From Octopus vulgaris (lineage: Eukaryota), in NCBI GenBank assembly GCA_951406725.2, contig OX597841.1:13826001-13890000 (forward strand): DNA of 64,000 bases, written 5' to 3'. The first letter of the stretch is position 1, and each line of letters opens with the position of its first letter. The translations under genes were made by a program, and so were the position numbers. A model generated the notes under the pieces. It was given only the letters and a program-made list of their open reading frames with translations. It was not told the origin of the DNA and made no database searches. Positions 1-11,959 of this stretch are shown here, piece after piece.

Positions 1-9
1 ATATATATA

Positions 10-122
10 TTAGGTTGGTGCATTATTATTGCGGCTTTTTTTCAATAAATTTTATTCAACAAAAAATTTAAACAAAGCACCAAGCAGTAATTGAAATAGA
101 TGGTGAATATGCTCCAGAATAA
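10..122 (+). mobile_element. Mariner-type element remnant (TIR-like end plus transposase C-terminal scrap)
   Basis: TTAGGTTGGTGCA..TTGCGG resembles the Hsmar1/MADE1-type TIR next to (TA)n. The downstream sequence reads VIEIDGEYAPE*, like a mariner transposase C-terminus. Confidence 0.55.
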
Positions 123-146
123 TCATTTAAAGATGTTTTTGTTATT

Positions 147-192
<46 letters not shown>

Positions 193-362
193 AATTGAGA
201 TAGGGGTTGTAAATGCATGGACCAAAAATCTTGTGAGTGGATTTGGTAGACGGAAACTGAAAGAAGATATATATGTGCATGCACGTGCATGCTTGTGTGT
301 GTGTGTGTGTGTGTGTGGATGTGTAAGTATGTATATTTACCAATTCCGTCTTGTCTTTTTAG

Positions 363-452
363 GGTATCCTGAATCTGAAAGCGTCTTAAACACAATCTCA
401 GACTCCCAACCAACATCACGAGCTGAACGAGAGAAAATACAACGGATTATCG
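363..452 (+). CDS. Internal coding exon of unidentified plus-strand gene (YPESESVLNTISDSQPTSRAEREKIQRII)
   Basis: Acceptor ttgtctttttag and donor CG|gtaagg; 90 nt, open frame, phase 1/1, joins in frame to 1534. Confidence 0.75.
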
Positions 453-526
453 GTAAGGATGTTATTCCTGAAAGACTTGTCTCTGTGTCTTAGTGTGTGT
501 GTGTGTGTCTCATTGTGGATGGGTGT

Positions 527-742
527 ATACAAGGGGGTACTGAAAAGTTGCTGGCTTTATGGATATTGTTAAAGGCCTGATTGGAGACCCAACCTTCTGA
601 GTTCTTTTACAGGGTTTAGAAAAACTGAAGGACCCCTGCAATAAGTGTGTGAATCTGAGAAGGGAATATGTTGAATAAAATCATGATCAACTGATCCTCC
701 TCTATTTTCTTTTACCCACAGCCAGGAACTTTTCAGCATCCT
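527..742 (+). mobile_element. Mariner-derived MITE
   Basis: Terminal inverted repeats (ctgaaaagttgctggct / agccaggaacttttcag). Internal sequence reads KLKDPCNKCVNLR.EYVE*, like a mariner C-terminus. Related copies at ~49580-49960. Confidence 0.6.
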
Positions 743-759
743 ACTTCATATATATATCC

Positions 760-802
<43 letters not shown>

Positions 803-1263
803 AGTAGTTGAATGAATTATCTTATTAAGGATAATTCGAATTAACCGATACCTGGGTAGCAAATTCACATCAGAAAGAACACGGTTGAAGTTACGTGCCT
901 AGGGCATAGATTACGTGCTTTCGTGTGGAAATTTGTATGTTTATTTTTAAAATATAAATGTATGAAAGAATGGAACTGAACGACGAATTAACAAAATTCC
1001 TTTATTTTCGACATATGTTTCGAAGGCTACATATTCCTAATTGTGAAGGAATAAGGAGTACATTATGCCTGGTACTGCATAAGTCAAACAACTGACAAGC
1101 AAATCTGTGGTATTGAGCAGAATATTTGCTGTAGCCCATCTTTTATACTAAGACAAAACAATGTACATGATAACACTTCCAATCAGTTAAGATCAGGAGC
1201 CATGAGAGCCACTGCCTGGTACTGCATCAGGGCATCATGAGAGCCACTGCCTGGTACTGCATC

Positions 1264-1299
<36 letters not shown>

Positions 1300-1419
1300 T
1301 ATTTTTAAGGCAGTGATCTGGCAGAATTGTTAACATGCTGGGCAAAATGCTTAGCAGCATTTCATCTGTCTATGCGTTCTGAGTTCAAATCTTGCTGAGG
1401 TCAACTTTGCCTTCCATCC

Positions 1420-1496
<77 letters not shown>

Positions 1497-1533
1497 TTAT
1501 CATTGTTGTTGTTGTTTCTGTTGATCTTCGCAG

Positions 1534-1821
1534 AGAGTGTCCTTGCCCGAAATGCCTTGAAAAGCTCAGAGGAATCTTCAGAATTGGAGAATGAAGATGA
1601 AACAAACGAAGAGGAGGAGGAGGCGGAGGCAGAGGCAGAGGCAGAGGCAGAGGCAGAAGAAGAAGCAAACAGGGAGAACAGCCTGCGGGAAAGGATGCGG
1701 CTCAGAAGCAGAATGAACAGTAGAATACCACGCAGGAAAGTCGAGCCCATAGCCTTGTCGAAAAAGACGCCGGCCCAATCGAGCGAGCGACGAGACAAGA
1801 AAGCAGAAACCAAAAAGCAAG
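1534..1821 (+). CDS. Coding exon of plus-strand gene; acidic E/EA tract followed by basic region
   Basis: Acceptor gatcttcgcag and donor G|gtttgt; lies within ORF 1392-1856; phase 1/1. Confidence 0.75.
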
Positions 1822-2090
1822 GTTTGTCCCAATATTTCGTTTTTGCAAGATTCTAGATGCTAATTTAGGCATTTTTATTTTGGGTGGGTCATCATGCCAA
1901 TAATAAACATGCACACATACACTGGTTGTTTTTCACTTCTCAATATTTCGTTTTTGCAATATTCTAGATGCTAATTTATGCATTGAAGTAGATTTCCTTT
2001 TTATTGTGGGTGGGTCATCATGCCAATAAAAAACATGCACACATACACTGGTTCTTTTTCACTTCGCGGTGCATTCTTCTGATTTTCCAG

Positions 2091-2119
2091 CTCCTCTTCA
2101 GACGGCCCTACCAGTCAAT
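2091..2119 (+). CDS. Small coding exon (APLQTALPVN) of plus-strand gene
   Basis: Acceptor ttcttctgattttccag and donor AAT|gtaatc; phase 1 to 0, which puts the next exon in its long open frame. Confidence 0.5.
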
Positions 2120-2143
2120 GTAATCAACTAGAGTCCCCTCCCC

Positions 2144-2222
<79 letters not shown>

Positions 2223-2233
2223 GTTTGTTTCAG

Positions 2234-2338
2234 ATCCAGAATCAAAACGAAAATCTGCCTAAAAAGAGTCGCCAGCTCCCTTGTGACCAAACTAAACCTA
2301 TGACCCCAAGACAGAGCAATGTCTTGGGTCCTCAATAA
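2234..2338 (+). CDS. Terminal coding exon of plus-strand gene (IQNQNENLPKKSRQLPCDQTKPMTPRQSNVLGPQ*)
   Basis: Acceptor tttgtttcag; 35 codons ending in TAA, which overlaps AATAAA; an A-rich tract follows. Confidence 0.55.
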   Translation: MQNQNENLPKKSRQLPCDQTKPMTPRQSNVLGPQ

Positions 2339-2736
2339 AAGTTTTAAAAAAAAAAAACAGAAATTGAAAAAAAAAAATTAAATTAATGAAAAATAAAAAT
2401 ATATAAAAAAAAAACACACACAGAAAAAAAAACAACAGGAAAAAAATGATTTTAAAAATTGCAAAAGCGAAAAATGTAAATTAATTAATAATTTCATTAA
2501 TGAAATAAAATTAAGAAAAAAAAATAACAAACCTGGACAGTGAGAACGAAAAAGGAAATTTGGAATTTGTTGTTTGTATCATCTTCAACATTGGAACCTC
2601 CTAAGATAATCTGCCAACATATTATATACAACCCTGAGAACCCTCATCCCATCCCCAAACCCCCCACCTCGCCCTACACACACACACACACACAAAGATA
2701 CACACTCATACACACATAGGTATATATTCAATATAT

Positions 2737-2770
<34 letters not shown>

Positions 2771-2937
2771 GTATGTATATGTATTAATATGTACATATAT
2801 ATATATACATATATATATAGATATATATACAACATGAATATACACACACGTACATACATACATAGATATGTAGGAACCCATATATTTATGGCCTCTGAGT
2901 GTATGTGTGTATGTATGTACACATACATATGTATACA

Positions 2938-2983
<46 letters not shown>

Positions 2984-3087
2984 CATATACACATACTCAC
3001 ACATACATATGTACATATGTGCACATATGTGTGTGTATATGTATATGTGTATATGTATAATCATACATCTCAATGAATAAATCAATA

Positions 3088-3119
<32 letters not shown>

Positions 3120-3250
3120 GACATACATACATACATACATATACACCCACCCAGTGAAACATATATAACTTCTATTTTTACATATGTCACAAATGCACAC
3201 ACATACACACCAACACATCCATGTACACAAGCACATATATTTATTTATTC

Positions 3251-3281
<31 letters not shown>

Positions 3282-3821
3282 TATATACTTACATAACATA
3301 TAAACATACATATTCACAGATATGTCATATACACAATGCACCTACTTGTATTTATACACCCTCTCGCAAATATAGATATATATGTATATAAAGCAAGAAA
3401 ATAAAGAACTATATTATGGTATATATGAATGTATGTATATTATATATACACCAGTATCTCTATGTTTCATTTTATTCTTTTTAATGTCTTGAATTCTTCC
3501 TCTAAAGCACAGGTTCGTTTCAAACAGCTCCATCAATGTCCTCTAGATAGAAATAACACTGAATATTTGCTTGCTGAACTTTAGAAAAGTCTTGCATATA
3601 TTTACTGTTCCGCTTACAAGTTTTCACCTACAAAGTTAGAAAGTTCGCTCATCATTTTCTTTGGCTGAGAGCCTCAACTTGTCGAGTGTGTTGCATGTAT
3701 GTATGTATGTATGTATGTAAGAATGTATGTATGTATGTATGTATGTATGCATTGGGTTTAGCTTTCGATGGTGAGAACAAGAAAAATGGAAAAATAGCTT
3801 TCTCGGCTAACAGGTAAATGT

Positions 3822-4090
3822 CTCTTCAGCAACTCTGAGTGAAAAAATGTTTCCGAAAGTCATGGGAGCTGTGTTGTTTTCTGACTTTGTAGGCATGTCC
3901 ACGTGTGTTAGACACATGGAGATCAAAAAGGTGTTCAGTGTTGTTGCTGGTGAGGTGGTTGATAACTTTGTGGGTGTTTACCAAGTCCGTCGCCAGACGC
4001 CGGAGCTTCAGTGAATCCATGCCCAGGGAAGCAAGGCACTCAGAATATGGTAGGTGTCTGATGGAGGGTATGCGTTTGGTTGCACGTCTC
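3822..4090 (-). mobile_element. CR1/L2-type LINE ORF2 C-terminal fragment
   Basis: Translation RRATKRIPSIRHLPYSECLASLGMDSLKLRRLATDL...TRGHAYKV...RKHFF matches typical CR1-group C-terminal motifs. Confidence 0.8.
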
Positions 4091-4362
4091 TGTATGTATG
4101 TATGTATGTATGTAAGAATGTATGTATATATGTATGCATTGGGTTTAGCTTTCGATGGTGAGAACAAGAAAAATGGAAAAATAGCTTTCTCGGCTAACAG
4201 GTAAATGTTGGTGACAGAAAGAGCACCTGGACATGGAAGCTCTGGTGCAAAAAGTATTGTTTAACCCATGCCAGCATGGAAAAAAAAAATGGGTGTAAAA
4301 CCAAATATAGCTTCAAAGAACAGAACTTATATACACATGTATATACATATGTGTGTGTGTGG

Positions 4363-4422
<60 letters not shown>

Positions 4423-4612
4423 TAATTTTAGGGAATATTATTCCAAACTTACAGGGAAAAATTCAATTTAGAAATACTAAATCAAATTTTATATTATATA
4501 TATACATGTATATATATATATATATGTATATATTATATATATACATATATATATATATGTATATATTATATATATATATGTGTGTGTATATATTATATAT
4601 ATACATACATAC

Positions 4613-4663
<51 letters not shown>

Positions 4664-5261
4664 ATATATATTTATATTATATATTTTATATATATACATA
4701 TATATAATCTTGGATTTTACCTTATTAACCCAGTGTATGATTTATCATATGCCTTTTTGTAATTTCATAAATTTAGACATCAAAAACCTTTCTGAAGACA
4801 AAGAATAATAACTTATCTAGCAATATCTGTGTGTCATCAAATATTTTATTTCAGGCATTAATGGGTTAAGTTCGTCCATAGAGACAGCCTATCAGACAGA
4901 TAGACATAGGCCTGAAAATCTGAAAGTTTCTGTAGAGTTCTTTACAATTATAAGCATGTAGAGGGGAATGGGCAAGTTCCTTTGTTAACTAATTTCCAGT
5001 TGTTTCATGTAAAGAAGCCGGAGTCAGTATTATTATAAATTATTGATAATTCAAGCATCTGCAGCAAATGAATTTTATACGTAATCCTGATGAGTTGAAT
5101 ATGATACCTCTTGAATAAATTGCATAATATAACAATATTCATGAGATCAAATTTCAATGAAACAATTGTAAATTGATGTAATAAAAGGACTTGCTCAACT
5201 CATTCCCCTTGTTTATACATGCATATATATATATATATGTATGTATGTATGTATATGGTAC

Positions 5262-5556
5262 ATGGATGGGATGCCGAATGCACTTTTGCCGAAGGACAAG
5301 AAGCAGAACAGACACAATGCCAAACGGACATAAAGCCAAATGGACAAAGGCCAACAAAACATACGAAAATTAAAATTTAATCTCGTTAAATCTTATATGC
5401 CACATAGATAATTAGTCATTAAACCATGTAGGTTTGAGTGTTTTTTTTTTATATTATTGTGCCTGTTCACCTTTATGTCCATTCGGCATTTTGTCCATTC
5501 AGCCTTTTGGCTTCAGTTTCTTGTCCTTTGGCAAAAGTGCATTCAACAACATGTCC
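5262..5556. mobile_element. Fold-back MITE with long imperfect inverted ends
   Basis: gaatgcacttttgcc.aaggacaagaa versus ttcttgtcctttggcaaaagtgcattc in inverted orientation. Confidence 0.55.
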
Positions 5557-5993
5557 ACACACAATATGTGTGTGTGTGTGTGTGTGTACATACATACACA
5601 TATATACATCTATATGAATAAATATATAAATATGTATGCATATATACATTAAGGTGTATATCTGAATAGTGTGCGTGTGTGTATACAAATATACAAACTC
5701 CTGAATTTATATTATTGTATATTCTCTTAGACTTAGTATATATACAACTGCTGCTGCTGTTGTTGTTGTTGTTGTTGTTAAACAACAAGATGAGTAAGGG
5801 TGATTAGGTGATGGTCTAGGGCTTAGGGGCGGAAGACCCCAGACCTCGGAAAAAAAAACTTTGGTTGTCTTGTTGTAGTCGAGGGCTCTTTGTTGACGCC
5901 CGACACCACTGGGAGGTGGCCCTCAAAGTCGCTGGAAATGGAGATCTCCAGGTCCAAATTCTTGGACGGCTGCTGCTGCTGCTGCTGCTGCTG

Positions 5994-6081
5994 CTAGGTG
6001 TAGAATGAGCTTTCAGAGTCATATCCCACGATTCCATACGTGGATGTATAAACTGAAGTATCGTCATCTGACACGTCGTAC
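5994..6081 (-). CDS. SNCAIP: Synphilin-1-like gene, last coding exon (WYDVSDDDTSVYTSTYGIVGYDSESSFYT*)
   Basis: Acceptor ctctacatgcag; phase 2 completes TG|G (Trp); TAG stop at 5994-5996. Confidence 0.8.
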
Positions 6082-6238
6082 CTGCATGTAGAGAAGGAGA
6101 AACGAAAAGGTGAAGACCATAAGATGAACAACAGGAACCGTATGTGTTTATGTAACAGGTACCACATATGTCTATACGTAGTAGGTACCATACGTGACTG
6201 CATAGCAATAACAAAATGGGGTTTATTTTCACATCAAC

Positions 6239-6715
6239 AGCTAACAAAAATCACATCTTGAAAGAGTCCAGAAGCTGGCTACCCGCATGGTTCTTGGTCT
6301 CAAGAATTTGTCTTATGAAGAAAGGCTGAAGATGCTCGACCTTTATTCTCTAGAAAAACGCTGCTGCCGTGGTGATCTCATTCTCGCTCACAACATCATA
6401 AGCGGAAAGTGTAACCTCTCGAAAGAGCTGTTCTTCACTCCTGCTCCAGAGCGTCAGCTGCGGGGTCATTCCGAAAAGCTCTATCTGCGACGATTTCATC
6501 TCAATCGAAGGAGAGGGGCTTTCTCCATCCGGGTTGCGGATCCGTGGAATAAGCTGCCGGACAAGATGGTGAAGATGCCAATGACTGCTCGGTTCAAAGT
6601 CTCCCTTGACCTCAAGTGGCCTGAACTCTTTACATGAACACCACCCTGTACATAACTCCATGTCCCCCTACATGGCCTTGCTTTTTGCTTTTTGAGCCAA
6701 AAAATTAACTAACTA
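6239..6715 (+). mobile_element. 5'-truncated CR1-type LINE
   Basis: HLERVQKLATRMVLGLKNLSYEERLKMLDLYSLEKR..RGDLI...LRGH...WNKLP; (TAAC)n tail; 8-bp TSD acatcaac at 6231-6238 and 6716-6723. Confidence 0.9.
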
Positions 6716-6842
6716 ACATCAACGTTATCAACTTCATCATCAATATCATCATCATCACCCCCACCACCACCACCACTACCACAACCACCTCTAGATTGGG
6801 AGGTTAATAATTGTTTATTATTAACAACAAATCAATCATCCT

Positions 6843-6923
6843 CCCTTACAGCTGTTTCAACTGATACTCAGTGAATTAATTATATATATTATATTTACAT
6901 GCCCTGAGCATATCTTCAGAGGG
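6843..6923 (-). ncRNA. Type I hammerhead ribozyme-like motif (Penelope-like element associated)
   Basis: Minus strand reads CCCU CUGAAGA ...AUGCUCAG/CUGAGUAU... GAAAC AGCU GUA AGGG; the base of helix II is imperfect. Confidence 0.5.
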
Positions 6924-7071
6924 AAAAAAAATATACCCTTCGATGTTTTATGTGTGTTTATGGATTCATTATAGCAGAATTAGTATTGAACCAGTATTTC
7001 CTTGGATGACACCATCCCTTCATGAGGCTAACATAACCTCTAATTGAATTGTATATATATACATACATACA

Positions 7072-7158
<87 letters not shown>

Positions 7159-7159
7159 A

Positions 7160-7363
7160 TTCGCTAGCCTCTGCACACATTTTTTCTCTCCTTCTTTCTG
7201 TGTTTTTTCTCTGTGTATCTTTCGGTTGAAGAGCGTAGGCTCAAAACGTTAAAGACTTGTTTTATTTATATTCCTGAGCGACATACTAATACAATTGTTT
7301 GTTGTATTCCACCTGCCTTCGTCTTTTGTCTATTTTCATAAAGCCTTCGTCTTTTGTCTATTT

Positions 7364-7402
<39 letters not shown>

Positions 7403-7560
7403 AGAGTTTACGAAAAAAACAAAAGACGAAGACAGGTGGTGTAGAAAACAAACAGATGTATTAGTATAATGCTCAGGAATAGAAAAAGTCTTTTATGTTT
7501 CGAGCCTGCGCTCTTCTTCAGAAAGGGACACAGAAAGAAACAAGGAGAGAAAAAAACAAG
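7160..7560. mobile_element. Penelope-like non-autonomous remnant, two inverted partial copies around (TA)n
   Basis: Inverted ttcctgagc..tactaatac..ccacctg..cttcgtcttt arms with degenerate GAAGAGCG.AGGCTCGAAAC motifs. Related copies at ~29650, 38270, 42570 and 63105. Confidence 0.5.
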
Positions 7561-7610
7561 GATAATGATGATGATGATGATGATGTATACATATATGTTC
7601 ACATATATAC

Positions 7611-7653
<43 letters not shown>

Positions 7654-7695
7654 TGTATGATGAGGTTAAAAATGAGTTTGAGGTTCAATACTTAC

Positions 7696-7721
7696 CAAGG
7701 CTTGCTCGATGTTTGAGAACC
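7696..7721 (-). CDS. SNCAIP: Synphilin-1-like gene, 26-nt microexon (GSQTSSKP-W)
   Basis: Acceptor ttttgttgcag and donor TG|gtaagt; bridges phase 0 to phase 2 exactly as the flanking exons require. Confidence 0.8.
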
Positions 7722-8023
7722 CTGCAACAAAATAAAACAGAAAGATGAGACGATGGTTAATGAGAGCCATTGTGTGGTCAAGGGCTGGGGTGAAGGGGGG
7801 GAGAAAGTGGGAGTAGGGGCAAAAAATGGGCAGTGCATGGTAGGAGTAGATGGCTGCTGTTTGGTGGTTGGTGGTGACTCAGGAGGGGATGAGGTGATAG
7901 AGGGGTGAGGTGATCGAGGGGTTACAGAAGCCTGGTGCAGGCCTTTGCCTGGCCGGCCCTTGTGAAACCATCCCACCCTTGCTAGCATGGAAGGCAAACA
8001 TTAAACAATGATGAGGATGGGTA

Positions 8024-8075
8024 ATGTATGTATGTATGTATGCATATATGTATTTATGTGTGTATGCATGCATGC

Positions 8076-8108
<33 letters not shown>

Positions 8109-8512
8109 TGTGTGTATGTATGTACATATGAATATATGTATATATGTATGTAAGTATGTATGTATGTATGTATGTATTATGTATGTATATATGTATGTAT
8201 ATATGTATGTATATATGTATGTATGTATGTATATATGTATGTGTGTATGTATGTATGTATGTATATATGTCTGTATGTATGTATGTATATGTATGTATGT
8301 ATGTATGCATGTATGTATGTATGTGTGTATGTATGTATGTATGATGTATGTATGTATGTATGTGTGTATGTATGTATGTATGTATGTATATGTATGTGTG
8401 TATGATGTATGTATGTATGTGTGTATGTATGTATGTATGTATGTATGTATGTATGTGTGTATGTATGTATGTATGTATGTATATATGCATGTATATATAT
8501 GTATGTATGTAT
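8024..8512. repeat. (TATG)n microsatellite
   Basis: Direct inspection; representative of dozens of (TA)n, (CA)n, (TATG)n and (TATC)n tracts in the window. Confidence 0.95.
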
Positions 8513-8654
8513 AGACACGTTTCCTGCAATTATGACTTGGGTAGAGTTCCAGTTTCAAGAAACAGGGTCTACAAGATGGTTCTAGGGTAAGGGCAAGATG
8601 GGAGGGAAGTGAGTGAAGTAAAAAAAAGGGGCTAGAGAAATGTACATGACTTAC

Positions 8655-9948
8655 CCCCAGTGAAAATGATTGGTTGAAAGGTAACCCCTCATCATCAATT
8701 GTCTGCCTGCATCGACCAATGAAATCTTTCCGTTGAATGTTTGCATTATTTTGGAAGCTGTCATTTCTCTTGAGGGGTCGGTTAGCATTGTGTGCCCAGC
8801 CCCTGAATTCATGATCAGGACGAGATGTAGAGGGAGCCGAGTTGGGTCCCTTTTGGAACGTTCTACCGGCAGTCTCAGAAAGAGTGGTAGAAGAGTGTGA
8901 TGCCATTTCGAAGTCCCCTTCGGAGAGATTCTGACATCCGTTACCATTTTCATTGTTGCTGTTTGGTGGACAGTTCGAATGTGTGTCCCCTGCTTGATAG
9001 TTCTTAGTATTTGGTCCATGTTTCTCTACAGCTGTTACCCCTCCCCGGAGATCTTCATCTCGCATTTTGGTATTTTTCTCCAGATATCGGAAATGGTTAG
9101 CGAGTCGTTCTTGCCGAAGTGAACCAGGAGAATCCTGCATGTTGGCACTCGTGGACGCCAGCTCGCTTTCCATGTCTGTGAGACGATCCACCGATGACCG
9201 ATGAGGCAGATATTTCCCATGGACACGGGCGTCGACATCGAGCAGGTTGATTCGTTCTCCAGATTTCGGCGGAACAAAATTCCAGCTGCTCGACGTGGAA
9301 GGCTTTGATTTCACATAAGGTACCGACCCTTCGCTACGAGCGTTCATGCTGCTTTCCATGCTCTCCTGGCTGCTGCTCTCCCAATCGCTCGAACTCTCCA
9401 TATCGGTGGTATCCGTCACCGATGATGCCAGAACGAGGCCTCTCCCACTTAGTGGGGGACCAAGCATTCTGGATGCTTCCTCGGATCTATGACCAGGCTG
9501 CTTTGAATATGACACGGGTCTTCTTGCATTTTGTCTCGATGGCGACTGCTGCTGATGCTGATGCTGCTGTTGGTGCTGTTGGTGCCACTGCTGATGCAAC
9601 CACCTCTGTGGCAGTTGTTGATGCTGTTCTTGTGGTTTCTGCTGCTGCTGCGGCTGCTGCTGCTGCTGTCGTCTCCGTGGAAGTGTGTGGCGCAGCTGCT
9701 CCTCGGACATTTTTAATCTGGGGTCGCCATGTTGCGCCGCTCTCGTTCTGCTCGATGGGGAGCTGGCGCAGGAAACAGACGGCTGTCCCCTCCTCGGTAC
9801 CCTTCTCAGCCTTGTGCTGCTGCTGACGCTGTTGCTGCTGCTGCTGCTGCTGACACTCGACTGCATGCTGCTGGTAGACATACCATCATGGTAGTCCTCT
9901 CGCCACCCGGACGCATTCTGTTGGTCATCTTCCAGCAAAAGGAAGTTT
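8655..9948 (-). CDS. SNCAIP: Synphilin-1-like gene, large exon (1294 nt; S-rich, Q/H-rich low-complexity region)
   Basis: Acceptor ttttttccag and donor GGG|gtaagt; core of ORF 8001-10031 (NFLLLEDD...SFSLG); phase 2 to 0. Confidence 0.88.
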
Positions 9949-11154
9949 CTGGAAAAAAAAAAGAAGAGAATATTACGTTCTACTACTACCACCACAACCA
10001 CAACCACAGCCACCACCGCCACTGTCGCCACTCGCCACCACCACTGCCACCACTACCGCCGCCATCACCACCACAACCACAACCACCACCACACACAGAT
10101 ATCTATACACACACATGCACATATACACACACATGAATATATACAGACATACACATATGCATACACACACACACATATCTACGCACACATATCTATACAC
10201 ACACATGCACATATACAGACATACACATATGCATACACACACACAGATATCTATACACACACAAGCACGTATACACACACATGCACATATACAGACATAC
10301 ACATATGCATACACACACACATATCTATACACACAAGCGCATATACACACACATGCACATATGCACACACATGCACATATACACACACACCCATACATTT
10401 TCCATTTGCTTCAAAGTAGAAAATGGCAATTATCTCCGTCTGCAACTCATAGAACTTGGAACCCCCACCGGCAACTTTTCCGCCTCTTATTAGTGCCAAC
10501 CACTGCAAAAGGAGGATCTTTTTCTCAGTTACCAATATTGGTTCCAGAATCTTTAATAAAACCAAAGAACTGAACCGTTCCTTGGCAAACATTATTGGCA
10601 GGCAATAAATTTGTGACTGTTCTGTCTTCAATTCCAATGTCTACCATATTCCACCTCAAAGACAAACATTTGTGCAAACCAATATTCCTTGAATGTCCCA
10701 TGGGCTGAGAAAATCATTTTATATTTTAATTACAGTTTGGGTTACGAGACTTTGGAAAAAAGTTCTGGAATCTTCCTTGACATCTACGGAGTGTAGGCAC
10801 AGGCGTGGCTGTGTGGTAAGAAGCTACCATCCCTACCAGATGGTTCCAGGTTCAGTTCCCACTGTGTAACACCTTGGGCAGCTGTTTTGTACTATAGCCT
10901 CAGGCTGACCAAACCATGTGAATGAATTTGGTAGATGGAAACTGAAAGAAGCCCATCGTATATATACTCTTTTATTTGTTTCAGTCATCCTAACTGCAGC
11001 CATGCTGGAGCACTGCCTTTTAGTCAAACAGGACTTATTCTTTGTAAGCTTAGCACTTATTCTATTGGTCATTTTTGCTGAACCACTAAGTTACGGGGAC
11101 ATAAGCACACTAGCATTGGTTGTCAAGTGATGGCGGGGGTTCAAAACACACGCG

Positions 11155-11188
<34 letters not shown>

Positions 11189-11319
11189 AAACACACACAC
11201 ACACATATAGACAATGGGCTTTTTTCAGTTGTTGTTATTGTTATTATTGTTATTAATAAAACAACCAAGCTAACTTCATCTCTCAGCTACAAATGTTCAA
11301 AGGTCAAGGGTCAACTTAC

Positions 11320-11526
11320 CGTATGACACGACACCTTTTCTCCACATTCTCCAGTTGCCTGATGTCGTTGATGTGGCTGTCATCCATTTCCAGCTTCTCT
11401 ATCTGCTTCAGTATCCACTCCAGACTCCCCTCCGGACAGCTCTTCCTCGAACTTCCACCATCGCTGTCCACTCGGCACAGCTCCGCCAAGTCACACTCAA
11501 CTCTCTCCAGCAAGGTGAGTGATTCT
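11320..11526 (-). CDS. SNCAIP: Synphilin-1-like gene exon (ESLTLLERVECDLAELCR...LEWILKQIEKLEMDD...EKRCRVI), coiled-coil-like
   Basis: Acceptor tcttctttccacag and donor CG|gtaagt; 207 nt, phase 2/2. Confidence 0.87.
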
Positions 11527-11959
11527 CTGTGGAAAGAAGATCAATTGATTACTGACTTAAAAGGGTTCCTTGAGTGCTTCCTTGAGTCTACTTACTCGAG
11601 TGTGCTTTCTCTTCACCAGACTCCACTCTGCTTTGGCATGGTCTCTACAACTGGGGGGGCTTCCTAACGCCAACCACTCCAAGAGTATTGTAGGTGCTTT
11701 TCATGTGCCACCAGCATGGGTGCCTTTAACATGTCACCGGCATGGGTGCCACTTACACAGCACCAGCAGCAGCAGCTACAACTGCAACCTCACTTGGCTT
11801 GAGGGGTCTTCTCAAGCGAGTTATATTGCTAAAGGTCTCAGTCCCTTGTCATTGCTTCAGTGGCAGAAGACACTTGCCCAAGGTACCATGCTGTGGGACT
11901 GAACCCAGAGCCATGTGCTTGGGAAGCAAGCTTCTTATCACACGGATATGCCTACGCCT

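Noticed and set aside
1829-2066. ~120-bp tandem duplication in an intron of the plus-strand gene
   Set aside because: Ordinary local duplication that does not include the donor site.
5816-6247. 143-aa overlapping ORF over the last exon
   Set aside because: Different frame from the spliced CDS and starts in the intron; no supporting splice phase.
8001-10031. 676-aa ORF as a single-exon gene
   Set aside because: Only 8655-9948 is bounded by splice sites; both ends run into simple repeats.
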